NCBI GenBank assembly: GCA_028826165.1
Contig: JAPDFW010000004.1
Span: forward strand, 1-64,000
DNA length: 64,000 nt
Source of the DNA: Anaeramoeba ignava BMAN
Lineage: Eukaryota; Protista; Anaeramoebae
Direction: 5' to 3'
This document shows, one piece after another, positions 1-12,607 of this stretch; the first letter of the stretch is position 1, and each line of letters starts with the position of its first letter. The notes beneath the pieces are model-generated. The model saw nothing but the letters and a program-made list of their open reading frames with translations. It did no database searches and was not told the origin of the DNA. The translations under genes were made by a program, and so were the position numbers.

Positions 1-3000
1 AAATTTATCATCTTCTTCGTTTAATGAAATTAAATTTGTTATGATGGGATATAAACAAATTAAAATTTCTAATGGAATTTAATGATAATAAATAGTTTGG
101 AAATTAAATAGTGATTGTTGATGTTGTGAAATCAAATTTTCCTTTCATTTTCTTATTGAAAAGTAATGAAAATAATTTCTCATAAATGCCAAATATTTTG
201 CCTAAAATTTAAAATAATAGAACGTATCTTCTGTAATCAATATAACAACAATTTTCATTTAAATTGAAATGAATGTTTATTATTTTATTGGAAAGTTTCT
301 TCATAATTGGACATGGTACCATCTATGCCGTTTAGATTTAGAATTGAATTTAAGAATTAGATTTGTTCTTTTGGGTTTAATTGTGAATTTTGTGATCGTA
401 CAAATCAAAATATTATTTAACATTTTGAGAAAATAATTCTTTAATCAATTCACTTTATTATTTATTTAGTATCCGATAATACTAATTTGATATAGTTTCT
501 TCATTAAAATTTGTTAATTCAATTTAAAATTCATTTTAAATAATTCTAAATTCCATTTTATCATAAAGAGATTAATTGATACTTTTCTGTTTTCCTTCGC
601 ATCAATCCAAGAAATAAAACAATAATTCTTGTACTCTTTGATTAAAATTGTTCTGTAATTTTGAATTAATTTTCATAAATGATAAGAATTGAAAAGAATT
701 ATTCTAATTTTGAAAATTTTAAAATATGAATCAATTTCAATTAAATTAGATTAGAAACGATGAATGCAAATAAATTTTGTATTTCCATAGAAATATCTTC
801 TAAGTTTGAACCCATTTATCATTCAGTACGTTTAAAATTTTGTTGTTGTTAAAAGATAGTTTGATAAAATCTAACCAATATCTTTCCAATGAACTTCCTT
901 TATCTATCTTATTTCTTTTATCATTATTTGAATATTCAGAAAATGATATTTTGTTCTGAAATTGTTTGATGTATTATTGTTGGTGTGAATAAATTATTGA
1001 TATAAAGGTATCAAGTTCAATAATTTTATTTATTTTGATTTTCAATTTTCAATTTCAGGATCAAGGAATTTAAACTTATTAGTTTTCTTTAGTGGTCTGG
1101 ATCTAATAATTTTAAATTTTCATTTTGATTAGCATATTCTTGAAAACCAATTGTCAATAATAACAATTATCATTTGAATAATTTATCACTTCCAGAAGAG
1201 GAGAAATATATATTCTTCATTTTCATTTTGATTTTGATTTTGATTTTCATTTTGTTGAATTATATATAATTTCAGAATCAAAATAAATGATTTGTTTAAT
1301 CCCAATTGTTTCTCTTATGTGAAAAGTTGTTCATCACATTAATAATTCATTTTCAATAAAATTGTTGTTTGGATAAATTTTCACTTGTAAAATCATATTT
1401 CTTGAAATGGATATTTTCAAGTTTTCGATAGAAACTTCTTTCATGACTTACCTCTGGGAAGCATTAATTGTATCTAATTTTATGATTAGGAGGTATTCAA
1501 ATCATTTATAGAGGTAAAATGACATAACAATTCTCAATAAAATGGAACATCTTTCAAATTGAGAATAAATAGATAAAGATAATTATATATATGATTGGAA
1601 TTTTGTTCAATATTTGATAATTCCAATTTCATTTTGGAAAATGAAAGTATTATTGATTCCTATGATTGAAGATTTTATAGATAATTTCTATCACTCTGAT
1701 TATTGATATGCGGATAGGAATAATTTTGTATCTTGATTTATTTTCCATGTTTTCCAAACTTGTTGTAAGTATTATTGAATTTTGTTTTGTTTCCAATAAT
1801 TTCTTGATTAAATAATTCATCAAAACTTTTGAATGAAGAAGATAGTAAAATAGTAAAAGAAGGTTGATTATCAATAAATGTTTTCAAATGATTTAATAAA
1901 TGATTCGTAATCATTTTCTTTTATTGTAATAATACTAATCTAAATTTTGGGTTGATAAATACTTTCTTTCCTCATTAAAATTGAATACTAAAATTTCCCA
2001 TTTCTTAAAATCTTGATTAGTAAATTATTTAAAATGGATATATGATGATCACTAATAAACTCCTTCAGAAAGCACAATGACTAATAATACTTCTTTAATC
2101 TATGCTGCAGATTGTAGAAATATTTAATGATTTATCAAATAATAATAATAAATCTTTATCATAACAATTGAATCTGAAATATTTTGATAAATAATTGATT
2201 GAAATGTGAAATAATCAATTAATATGCTGAGATGTTTTCATAAATTCAAAATATGATTGATCTGATTCTTCTTGAAATGTGTAAAGATTTTCTGTTATTA
2301 TTCAATCAAATTTGAGGTATTTCAAAACCATCAATTTGATTTAAGTTTAAACTAACTCTTTCAATATTTTCCTCTAATCCAAAATTTCTATATTAAATAG
2401 AACATGTATGATTATTGAATAATTATGAGAAATAAAATCCAATGATATTCTTGAAAATAATAATCATAAATCCCATAAAGTTTGTAAGCTTTTCTTGAAT
2501 TTTGATTAAATTTGTTTGTTTTTGAGATTAAAATTTGATTTTTGACAAATTCCATTAAATATTTTAACAAACTATTTTGAAATAATTCTGGTGTGCTGCG
2601 GAAATAGATTTAAAATTTCTTTTGTTATTGATTCTAATTCAGTTTCATTGGAAGTTCATTATTTAAAATAATTCTGTTGATGTATTCATTTTTGATGATT
2701 TGAAAAGTTTAAAATTAATGAGGGTTTTGTTAAAATGATTCTAATTTTGTTAAATTGAATCTTTGAATTTTTCAAATTTCTAAATTAAGTCCGTGTTTTA
2801 TCTTTTAAATTTTGAATTCTTTTAAAATAATGGTAATTTCTTTTTGTTAATTTGAAATAATTTTTCCAGATTATTCAATTCATTATGAAGTTATTTGGTA
2901 AAATTTGAGAACATTCAATTTTTGTTAATTTGTAAATTTGGAAGATTTCGTTTTCATATTAAACTGTTTTAAAATGAATTTAAAAAGATGTTGTTTTAAG

Positions 3001-6000
3001 TTCTAAAAATAAAAATAAAAATTAATTTTTAGTATAACTCCTTATTTACCTGAATTTCCAATTATAATAAAGGTATTCAGTAAAAATGAAAATGAATATT
3101 AATAAAACTTTTTCTTTAAATTTAGTTTTGGCAACAATAATTCTCATATTTTTAGATTAAATTTTCTGTGAAATTTACATAAAAATTTGTTTCCAATATT
3201 CATCTTATGAAAATTTTTCGTTCTTTTCAATTTTGTTGCTTTTTGTTCATTACAATAAAAATTCTTTTCAACTTTTTCCTTCATTTCTGTACCCAAAACA
3301 TAAACAATAAATAGAATAATAAAATAGATGAAATGAAGGTTGATGTTTTCTTTTATCAATTTTTATTTACCCAAATATTAACAATTAAAAATTTTTGAAA
3401 AATTAAAAACATCTTGAAATGATTCAAAATATTCATTTTGAAAATATTATTGATTTTGATTTTGTTTCAATTTGATTTTTGAGTTAATTTTTGTAACAGG
3501 TAACTTTCGAAAATTGAGATTTGAATTAGAAAATTTTGGAGATTCTCTTTTTGTTGAAATAATTGATGAAGTATTGATAAAATATACTATTTCTTTTTGA
3601 ATTTTTACAATTTTTCCAAATCATAAATATCTTCAAATTGATTAAATGAATCAGAATTTAGAAAGCTAACCAATGAAATATTTCCGCATATTTTCCCACA
3701 ATTGATCTATTTAATAAAATTTCTTTGATTATTGTTATAGACTCTTTTGATCCTTTATTAATTCATGAAAATAAATATTAATCACGATGGTTATTATTTT
3801 GGTTTTTGAATTTTCTTGAATATTTTTCTTTTTGGTTTGAAAATTAACATTAGTAAAGTTGATCAAATATCTTCTTTAAATAACTCTTCTAAATATGCTT
3901 TTTCATATTCATTTCCTCCATTAATTACTGGTATTTTTCCCATATTTGAATTGAATATAAATCATTTTGAATAAATTTTTCTGATGTAAGAAAATTTCCT
4001 CTTTTTGATTTTCTTCATAATTTTGAATAATTTCATTTGTTATTTCAAATGATTTGGAATTAATGAATTAAAAATTTGTAAAAATATCTTTCATTTCAAT
4101 TTCAATTTTTGTTTCATTTTTAATTTTCATGGAAAATTATAATATTTTGATTATCAAAATTTAAACCATTTTGAAATAATTGTTTGATTTCGTAATTACT
4201 TATAAGAAATAATTTATATTCACCTTTTTGATTCTTGTTTTTGTTTCGAAAAAGAATTGGAAAAGATAAAATTTCTTTTTCCATTCAATTTTGTTTTTCA
4301 ATAATTTTGAAGATTCTTCCAAATTATTTGAATTTTCTAAATTTGAATTAAAATGAAAAAGGAGAAGCAAATTCAATATTAAAATTTAAACAATTTGTTA
4401 TAATTTGATTTAAAAAGAATAATATTTTTCTGAATCATTTTCAAAATTTTGAATAATTTCATCTTTTGTTAAATAACCATAATAAAATACGATAAATTTT
4501 CATTAAATATTGAAATTTGAAAAGTTCTAAAACTTATAAATTTGGTTTGTAAATTGTTTTCGAATTGATTTAATAATAAATTGAAATATTCTTTTGAATT
4601 TGGTTCTGATTTAAATTATTGATAATTTGTGTTAGTCCATTTGTATTTTATATTCTTTTAAATGATTTTGATTTGATTGAATTAAATTGGCAATTCTTTT
4701 TAATTCTGGATTTTCTTCTTTTCAATTTGAAAATTTAATATTGATAAGAAGAAAAGGAAAAATTATCAGAGTTCATTTTTACATTCTTTTTCTTTTAAAA
4801 TATTTTAATGGAGGAAAATTATTTAAACCATTTTCTGAACTTGATTTAATATAACTTGGAATTTCAAAACAATTTTAAAAGAATCATCAAAAATCCAAAT
4901 TAAATTATTTCTAATTTTCTTTCATATTCAAATGAATTCCACATTGATAATTCCCAAAGAAAATCCAAAGTTTCTAAAATAGGAGAGAAAGTTAAATCAA
5001 TATGAAGAAATTTAATTTTTGTTTTGAAATTAATTGAATTTTGTTTAAAATTTGATTAATTTCTTGAATAATTTCTGATTTTGTTCCTTTTTGAAATTTT
5101 GATATATAAATAAACTGATTTGTTTTCTTGATTTTTGATTTGATTATATTTTCATAAAAATATTTACGAATTTGATGAGTTTTTCCCATTCCTGGAATTT
5201 TAGAAGTAAATAATTTAATTCTTTAATTTTTGAAATGGTTTTTGAAAATTGATTTTAAATTTTCTTCTGGTATTGATTCAATTTTTCTGAAATCAAAAAT
5301 TAGGAAATGAGAAACAATATTTGAATTTGATAATTATCTTTTTGATAAAAGAAAATGATTAATGGAAAATGAGTTTCAAAAGAAATTTGTTGAATTTTCT
5401 GAATTAAAAATTTGAACAAAGTTGAGATAATTTTTGAACATGTAAAATTGAAAATAAATGTTTTTCGTGATTAATTTTTTGATTTTTTCTTGATTATAAA
5501 ATTTATAAATATTGAAGAAATTTTCAATATCAGATTGATTTGTATTTTTGAATTACAAATCATAACATTTTCTTTTAATGGTAAATGATTACAATATCCA
5601 AAATATAAACTTGTTAATATTTCATAAACTTGAATTTTTATCAATTTTGTAAAAGAAAATTTTTGAATTTTGAACTGATTTTTCATTTTTGAATAAATGA
5701 TTAAATTTCTTTTGTTATTTTTGGAATTTCCTTTTTAAATTGTATTAATCTTTTTGTTGAATTGAATTTTTAAATGAAATTAAATTGCTTAATTCTTCAA
5801 TAAAATTTTTAAAATTAGTTCGAAGGGATCAAATTCAGGAATAATATTAATTCTAAATTCTATTAAATCTTCATGAGTTAAATTTGGATTAAATAAACGA
5901 AGAAGAAGAAATAAATTATGGTTATTTTGAAGAGATTTTGAAAAACAGAGATTCATAACTTCAAAAAGTTGTTCTTGAGAAAAAAGAGAATAAACGAAAT

Positions 6001-9000
6001 GATTTTGTTTAATTAAATCTTTTTCTTTTTTCCAATTTAATAATTTTTGAGAAAGTTCTTTTTCGTTTTTGATCAATTCATTTTTAAATTTATCTGATTC
6101 ATTTATTGAAGAATATTCAATAACTTTTCATATTGATTATTTGATTCAATAATATAAAGTTTCTTTAATTCAAATACAAGTTTTTGAAACATTTTCTTGA
6201 TTATTGGAAAAATTTTTGGAATAAATTCAAATATTTTTGTATTGGATCATTTTCTGAGAAAAGTTCATTTTGTTTTATATTTTGAGAAATGATTTTAATT
6301 TGAAGGAAATTATCAAAATTGAATATTTTATAAGTATTCTCCTTATTTTGACAAGAGAATATTAATTCATTTTTGGTAAATAATTAAATTGAAAGAGCAT
6401 ATTTTTTTTCCAAAAATTTCAGATAAATTATTTAATATTTTCTTTTTAAAATTTGAATCATCTTTTGGAAAAAAAATTTAATTAATTCTTGAGTATCATT
6501 TTCACTAAATTGCCAAGGTTTTTGATTTTCTTCAGATTTTTGATAATTTGAATCAAATTTTGGAAAAGATTCAAAACTTTCTTGAATTAGAAATGTATTC
6601 TTTCATTCTTTTTCTTAAATTTTTGATTATATTTTTCATTTTTAAAATGAATAGATTTTTCGATGAACTTATCGAACTTTTTCATTTTGAAATTTTTTGG
6701 AAAGAGAAATAATAATATTTGGGATTAAATTTAGAATATTTTGTTGAGAAAAGAAAATATTAGAAGGAATTTCGTTCATTCTTTTTAATATTCCATTTAA
6801 TTTTAGATAAATCTTGTAATTTTTGATTTTTGCCAAGATTCTTGGAAAAATTTTGTATAATCTTCATTTTGAAATTTAAAATATGAAAAATTGATATTTC
6901 CATTTTGGAATTTTTGAAGTTTTTGTTATATTCATGGAAATTTTGGATTTGATTTGATAACTGTAGAATATTATTATTCTCTGATTTTTCATTTTGAGAT
7001 TCTTCTAAAAATATTTTTAATTCATTATTTATCCAATCTATTCCTTTTCTAAAAAGGGAAAAATTTATCAATTTGACTTAATTTAATTTTTGATCTGTAA
7101 TTTCAAATAAAATTTCATTTCTTTTTATTTATCATTTAATATTTTTGAAAATATTTTTATGAAATTTATTCATTGATAAAGGGTTTAATTTTTGTTTTTG
7201 ATTTAATTTTGATTTTGATTTTTTTAATTTTGGAATCCAAATATAATTAATAAAGATTTCACTTTTTTTGAAATTTCAAAATTTTTGGAATAAATCAAAA
7301 TTGATTCCTAATTCCTTAATTGATATTTTGAGATCTTTGATGTTTTTTGAATTAAAATTTGCTAAAACTTTTGGAATTTTTGGATAAGTTTCGAAATGAT
7401 TCCAAACTATATTTTTGTTTATTTTTGATAAAACAGTTTTTCTTTGAAATAATTCTTGATAAAGTCGTTCAATGTTTTGAAATGAAATTTTTGAATATAA
7501 ATCCCAAATATTTGAAAAGAAATGTTTTTGTTTAAATGTTTCTTCTAATATTGAAAAATCTATTTCAATTTTATCTATTTTTTGAAATGAATATTGAATT
7601 TCTTTATCATATTTTTGAATTTTTTGGAAAAATTCATTTTTATTTTCATTTTCCTTAAAATGTTGAAATAACTTTAATAATGAAATCCATGAATCTTGAT
7701 TTTCTTGAGAAATATTTTTTAAAAATAAAATGAAAGTTTGTTTTTCATTAGGAAAATTATCTCCAATAAGTGATTTCCAATATAAAAATTGTATTTGTAA
7801 AGGAATTTCTTTCAAATTTTCTTTTAAAATTAATTTATATTTTTCTTGAATAAAATCTTTGATATATTTAGATAAGAATGTTTCAAAACTTGATAAATTA
7901 TTTAATATTTTTGGATCGTTGATTATATTTAAACATTCAATAGGAGTTGCGTTATAAGGAAAATTATTGCTTTGAATATTTTCAATAATTAATAATTCAA
8001 GAGAAGAGATATATTCATTTATTTTTATTTTTTGGATTTGGTTTTGAATTTGATTTGAATTTTCTTTTAGAATTTCGAGTATTTTTTTTGTTCTTCGATA
8101 AATTTTATCAAAAGTATCAAAATATTCAAATAAATTTTGAAATTTCATTTTTCGAATAAGCACAAAAGCTAATGAAAAATCTTTTATAATCAAATATTCC
8201 AGTAAATTATCTTTTTTTTCTTTTAAAAAATCTTTTATAATCTTAACAAGAATATCTTCAGATTTTGGAAAAAATATAGGATCAAGTAATCTTGATAAAA
8301 ATAAGAAAATAGTCGTTTCAGAATCTAAATATTCTTGAATCAAAATATTTATATCTTTTTTAAGTTTTTTTGTATCATAATTTTGTGAAATTGTTTTCCA
8401 ATCTTTTTCTTCAAATAATGTAATAAATAAAGGAAGAAAGAACAGAATATTATTTGAATTTGATTCTTTGAAGAAGTTAAACAATTTGTAAAAATTTGTC
8501 TTAACTTTACTCATCTCTTGAGTATTATAATTAGAAATTTCTTCAACTATTTGAGATAATTCTTTCATTTTTTGAGGAGATTTCTCTAAAAAATTGAATA
8601 TATATTGAGTAAAAGGATTGTGAAATTTTGATAATAGTAAATAACAAAATATAATTTCTTTTGAGAAAGAATCCATAATATTTTCATCTTTTTCAAAAAA
8701 TTTTTCATAAAGCATCTTCACAATTTCATTAATATTTAAATTGAGATTTTGCTTTTCACCTTTTATAAGAAACTGATTTTTAAATAAGGAATCTATTCCT
8801 TTATAATAATTAATAATTATTTGTTGTGTATTTAAAGAACTTTGCATTATTTCGTTGATAAAAAATGTTTGTAAAAGATCAATAATCATTTCTTGATTTA
8901 TAGAAATATTCTTTTTTGATTTTTGATGAATAATTCCAAAAAAGAATAATATATTTTGATTTTTTTCTTCTTTGTTTTTTTTCTTGGAATTTTCAATTTC

Positions 9001-9312
9001 AGTTTGAATTTCTTCTTTATCAACTGTTAAAATAAATTGTCTTTTAAATTTGTTTTTTGCTAAAGTGATTTCAATTTTGATATTAAAAGAAATTTGAGAA
9101 TCTTTTTTTGATTGTGAAGTATTTTCTTCTTGTAAATTAATTTGTGTTTCAAAAGAACCAAACCAAACATTATTAATTGAATTTGATTTATAAATATCAT
9201 AATATCGATTTTTGTATTTTAAAGACATTTTTATAGGTATTTCTATTTCTTTTTCTTTTGTATAATAAAGAAAAATTTTTATAAAATATTTTGTGTTGTT
9301 TGATAAATTCAT
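1..9312 (-). pseudogene. RNF213/mysterin-like giant AAA+ ATPase gene, heavily frameshifted (pseudogene or unpolished assembly); continues beyond the left edge
   Basis: A 678-aa 5' ORF (7276-9312) is followed by collinear short minus-strand ORFs with no clear introns. Recognisable RNF213-like segments: LLNWKKEKDLIKQNHFVYSLFSQEQL (~5960-6045), ILTSLYFGYCNHLPLKENVMICN (~5550-5620), Walker A LFTSKIPGMGKT (~5178-5213) and a degenerate IPVI-GG motif (~3910-3935). Confidence 0.6.
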
Positions 9313-9405
9313 TTTTGTTATATTTTTTTGATAAAATAAATTTGAAAAAAAAATGAAAAATGAAAAATGGAAAAAAGGAAAAAAATAATTTTTAAAAAAA
9401 GGAAA

Positions 9406-10074
9406 TTAATTTTTCTTTTGAAAATCCAAATTACATTTTGGATTTAATTGATAATAATCAACAGAATCATTCAATTCTTGAGAAATTTTGGAATTTAACT
9501 TTGAATCAAATTTACCTAAATAAAAATATTGAATGAGTTTATCAAGAGCTTTATTTGATTTACCAGTATATTCAGAAACTTGATTTGAATCATCAATAAC
9601 ATTCAAAAACATCCCACGAAATAAACCACTTCTAGCACATAAAACGAGTTTATGGATGATAAATCTCGAATTATTTGCAATAATAGTAAAATCTGCATTT
9701 TCTTTATCATTAAACAATTTCTTTAAATCTTCAATAAATCCATTTGGGAATTTTTTTTCTAAAATCCATTTTTGATCCAAATCAAGTTTTTCAAGAATTG
9801 GAAGTATTGAATTAAATCCATTCAAATCAAATGTGATTTCTCCACTGTAAATAAAATTTATCAATGGAATCACTTGTTTTTTTTGTAAATTTAAGGATAT
9901 TTTCTCAAGTTTTTTGATTTCTTCTTCTTTCAATCTCATTTTCAATATCAATGAATGTAAATTTATTATTGAATCTTTTGTTTTCAATTCAAAATCACAA
10001 AATTCTTGTCTTTGGAATAAGTTTAAATAATCTTCACTTAATGGATTCATATCATTTTCTTGTTCTTCTTCCAA
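9406..10074 (-). CDS. Tandem BTB/POZ domain protein
   Basis: Intact 222-aa ORF with two BTB motifs: FCDFELKT...LHSLILKMR...FIYSG and ADFTII...IHKLVLCARSGLFRGMF...YFYLG. Confidence 0.85.
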   Translation of the reverse strand: MEEEQENDMNPLSEDYLNLFQRQEFCDFELKTKDSIINLHSLILKMRLKEEEIKKLEKISLNLQKKQVIPLINFIYSGEITFDLNGFNSILPILEKLDLDQKWILEKKFPNGFIEDLKKLFNDKENADFTIIANNSRFIIHKLVLCARSGLFRGMFLNVIDDSNQVSEYTGKSNKALDKLIQYFYLGKFDSKLNSKISQELNDSVDYYQLNPKCNLDFQKKN

Positions 10075-12309
10075 ATAATCTTTTTTCTCTTCTTCTTTTG
10101 GTTGATTTTTTTCGTTTTTTGTTGTGAGATAATTTGCGCATTCTTTTTAAAATTTATTTTTGAATATTTTTGAATATTTTTGAATATTTTTATAAAAATT
10201 TTCTTTTTACTTTCTAAAACTGTTTCAATTTGAAAATTATCAAGTAAATTAACAATGAAATATCTTTTAATTTTTTCAGTCTTTGTTTTATCATCTAAAA
10301 ATTTATTTATAATAAATTCTAAAGCGTCCATATAATTTTTCCCTATTTATAAATTAAATTTATAAATTAAATTTATAATTCAAATTTTTATAAATTAAAT
10401 TTATAATTCAAATTTTTATAAATTAAATTTATAATTCAAATTTTTATAAATTAAATTTATAATTCAAATTTTTATAAATTAAATTTATAAACCTTCAAAT
10501 TTTTATAAATTAAATTTATAATTCAAATTTTTATAAATTAAATTTATAATTCAAATTTTTATAAATTAAATTTATAATTCAAATTTTTATAAATTAAATT
10601 TATAATTCAAATTTTTATAAATTAAATTTATAATTCAAATTTTTATAAATTAAATTTATAATTCAAATTTTTATAAATTAAATTTATAAACCTTGATATT
10701 CTGGAAAATAATTTGATAAAGGAAATTTGTTAATTCTTTGTAAAAATAAATCAATTTTAGAAAAAAATATTAAAAATGGAACATCATTAAAGAATTTAGA
10801 TGTTTTTAACTCTTCAACTAATTTAATCTCTTCTGATAAAGCATTTATATTTTTATCTTCCATTAATACTTTACAATAATCACTTAAAGAAACAAATATA
10901 AAAACAGCTTTCATATCCTTTTTTTTGATTTTGATTTTGATTTTGATTTTAATTTTAATTTTCATTTTAAATTTTAAAAAGAAATAAATATAAACCATCA
11001 TAACATGAATCCTTTTAAAATAAAATTTTAAGTATTAATTATTATTATTACTTTGTTTTTTTTTTATAAATTTTTTTTTATTTTTTAATTTACCATTTTT
11101 CTTTCATTTCTTGCTCCACCAACATCAATAAATCTAATTGTTTGTTTATTAATTTCTACTTGTGTTTCCATTATTCCTGTTGTTTTAACTCTGAAATTTA
11201 AATAATCTTCAAAATTTGGAGAATAATTTACTAATAAAAAACGATCTAATGATTTAAAGAAACTAAATTTAAAAATTAAGCCAATATTTAAATTAAATAT
11301 TTAAATCAATATTTAAATTAATATTTAAATTAATATTTAAATTAATATTTAAATTGAATATTTAAATCAATATTTAAATCAATAATTAAATTGAATATTT
11401 AAATTGAATATTTAAATTGAATATTTAAATCAAATATTTAAATCAATATTTAAATCAATATTTAAATTGAATATTTAAATCAATATTTAAATCAATAATT
11501 AAATTGAATATTTAAATTGAATATTTAAATCAATATTTAAAATAAAAATATTTAAAATTTTGAATATTAAATTGAAAATTGAAATATTTAAATTGAATAT
11601 TTAAATTGAATATTTAAATTGAATATTTAAATTAATATTTAAATTGAATATTTAAATCAATATTTAAATTGAATATTTAAATCAATATTTAAATCAATAT
11701 TTAAATTGAATATTTAAATCAATATTTAAATCAAATATTTAAATCAATATTTAAATCAAATATTTAAATCAATATTTAAATCAATATTTAAATTGAATAT
11801 TTAAATTGAATATTTAAATTTATATTGAATATTTACTAAGGATAAGATTCATATTGACTATATGGTAATTTTTCAAAAACTTCTTGAATAACTGATGAAT
11901 TCCATAAAATTTCCATTTGATATTTATTTAAAGAAATTTCTTTGCCTTTTTCTAATAAAATATCTTTAATTTTTCTTTTTTTTTTTTAAATTAATTAAAA
12001 TTGAAATCAAATTTCAAATCAAAATTTAATACTTCTTCTTCAAAAGTAAAATTATTTAAATTCAATTTTTTTGCATTTAAACAAAGATTTTCTAAACAAT
12101 TTTGAAGCCTTTCTTGTAAATTTGATTTTATAAATTGAAAATTATTATTTGATTCAGAATAATTTAAATAAATTCTAGCAATTTGCTTTATTAAAAGTAG
12201 ATTTTCCAGAAGAACCAGTTCCAAGAAGAATAATAGAATTTTTTTCTTGTTGTCTTAAACGATCACTATCAAAAGGCGGAATTGAAGAATCACGATAAGA
12301 ATTTCCCAT
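10047..12309 (-). CDS. Divergent heterotrimeric G-protein alpha subunit, multi-exon, with two apparent 1-nt frameshifts in homopolymer runs
   Basis: MGNS start at 12309. G1 LLGTGSSGKST, G2 RVKTTGI, G3 DVGGARNER, then WIH...SLSDY and G4 FSKIDLF, across GT-AG introns filled with tandem repeats. Frameshifts near 12192 and 11096. The 3' end is approximate. Confidence 0.8.
10346..10690. repeat. Intronic ~28-bp minisatellite (ATAAATTAAATTTATAATTCAAATTTTT)n in the G-alpha gene
   Basis: About 12 near-perfect tandem copies filling the last intron. Confidence 0.85.
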
Positions 12310-12607
12310 TTAATAAAAAAAAAAAGAGGAATGAAAGAAAAAAAATGAAAAAAAAAAAAGGAGAAAAAAAAATTTTCCTTTCAATTTTTTAAATTTTTGA
12401 TAATTTTCTCCTTTTTATTATTTTTGGATTTTCTTTTACTAATGATTTTATTGAAGATTTTATTACAATTTCTTTTGTTTTTGTTTTTATTTTAATGTCT
12501 TTTGTTTTTGTTTTTTTTTTTGACTTTTACAACAAAATTTTTTTTTTCATTTTTTTCTTTCAAAATTTCCAAACAAAAAGGAAAATCTTTTCTAAGAAAA
12601 TTAGACG

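Noticed and set aside
1-7275. Programmed frameshifting or an alternative genetic code as the cause of broken frames
   Set aside because: The breaks I checked elsewhere in the window are indels in A/T homopolymers, and single-copy genes translate cleanly with the standard code. Sequencing error or decay is simpler.
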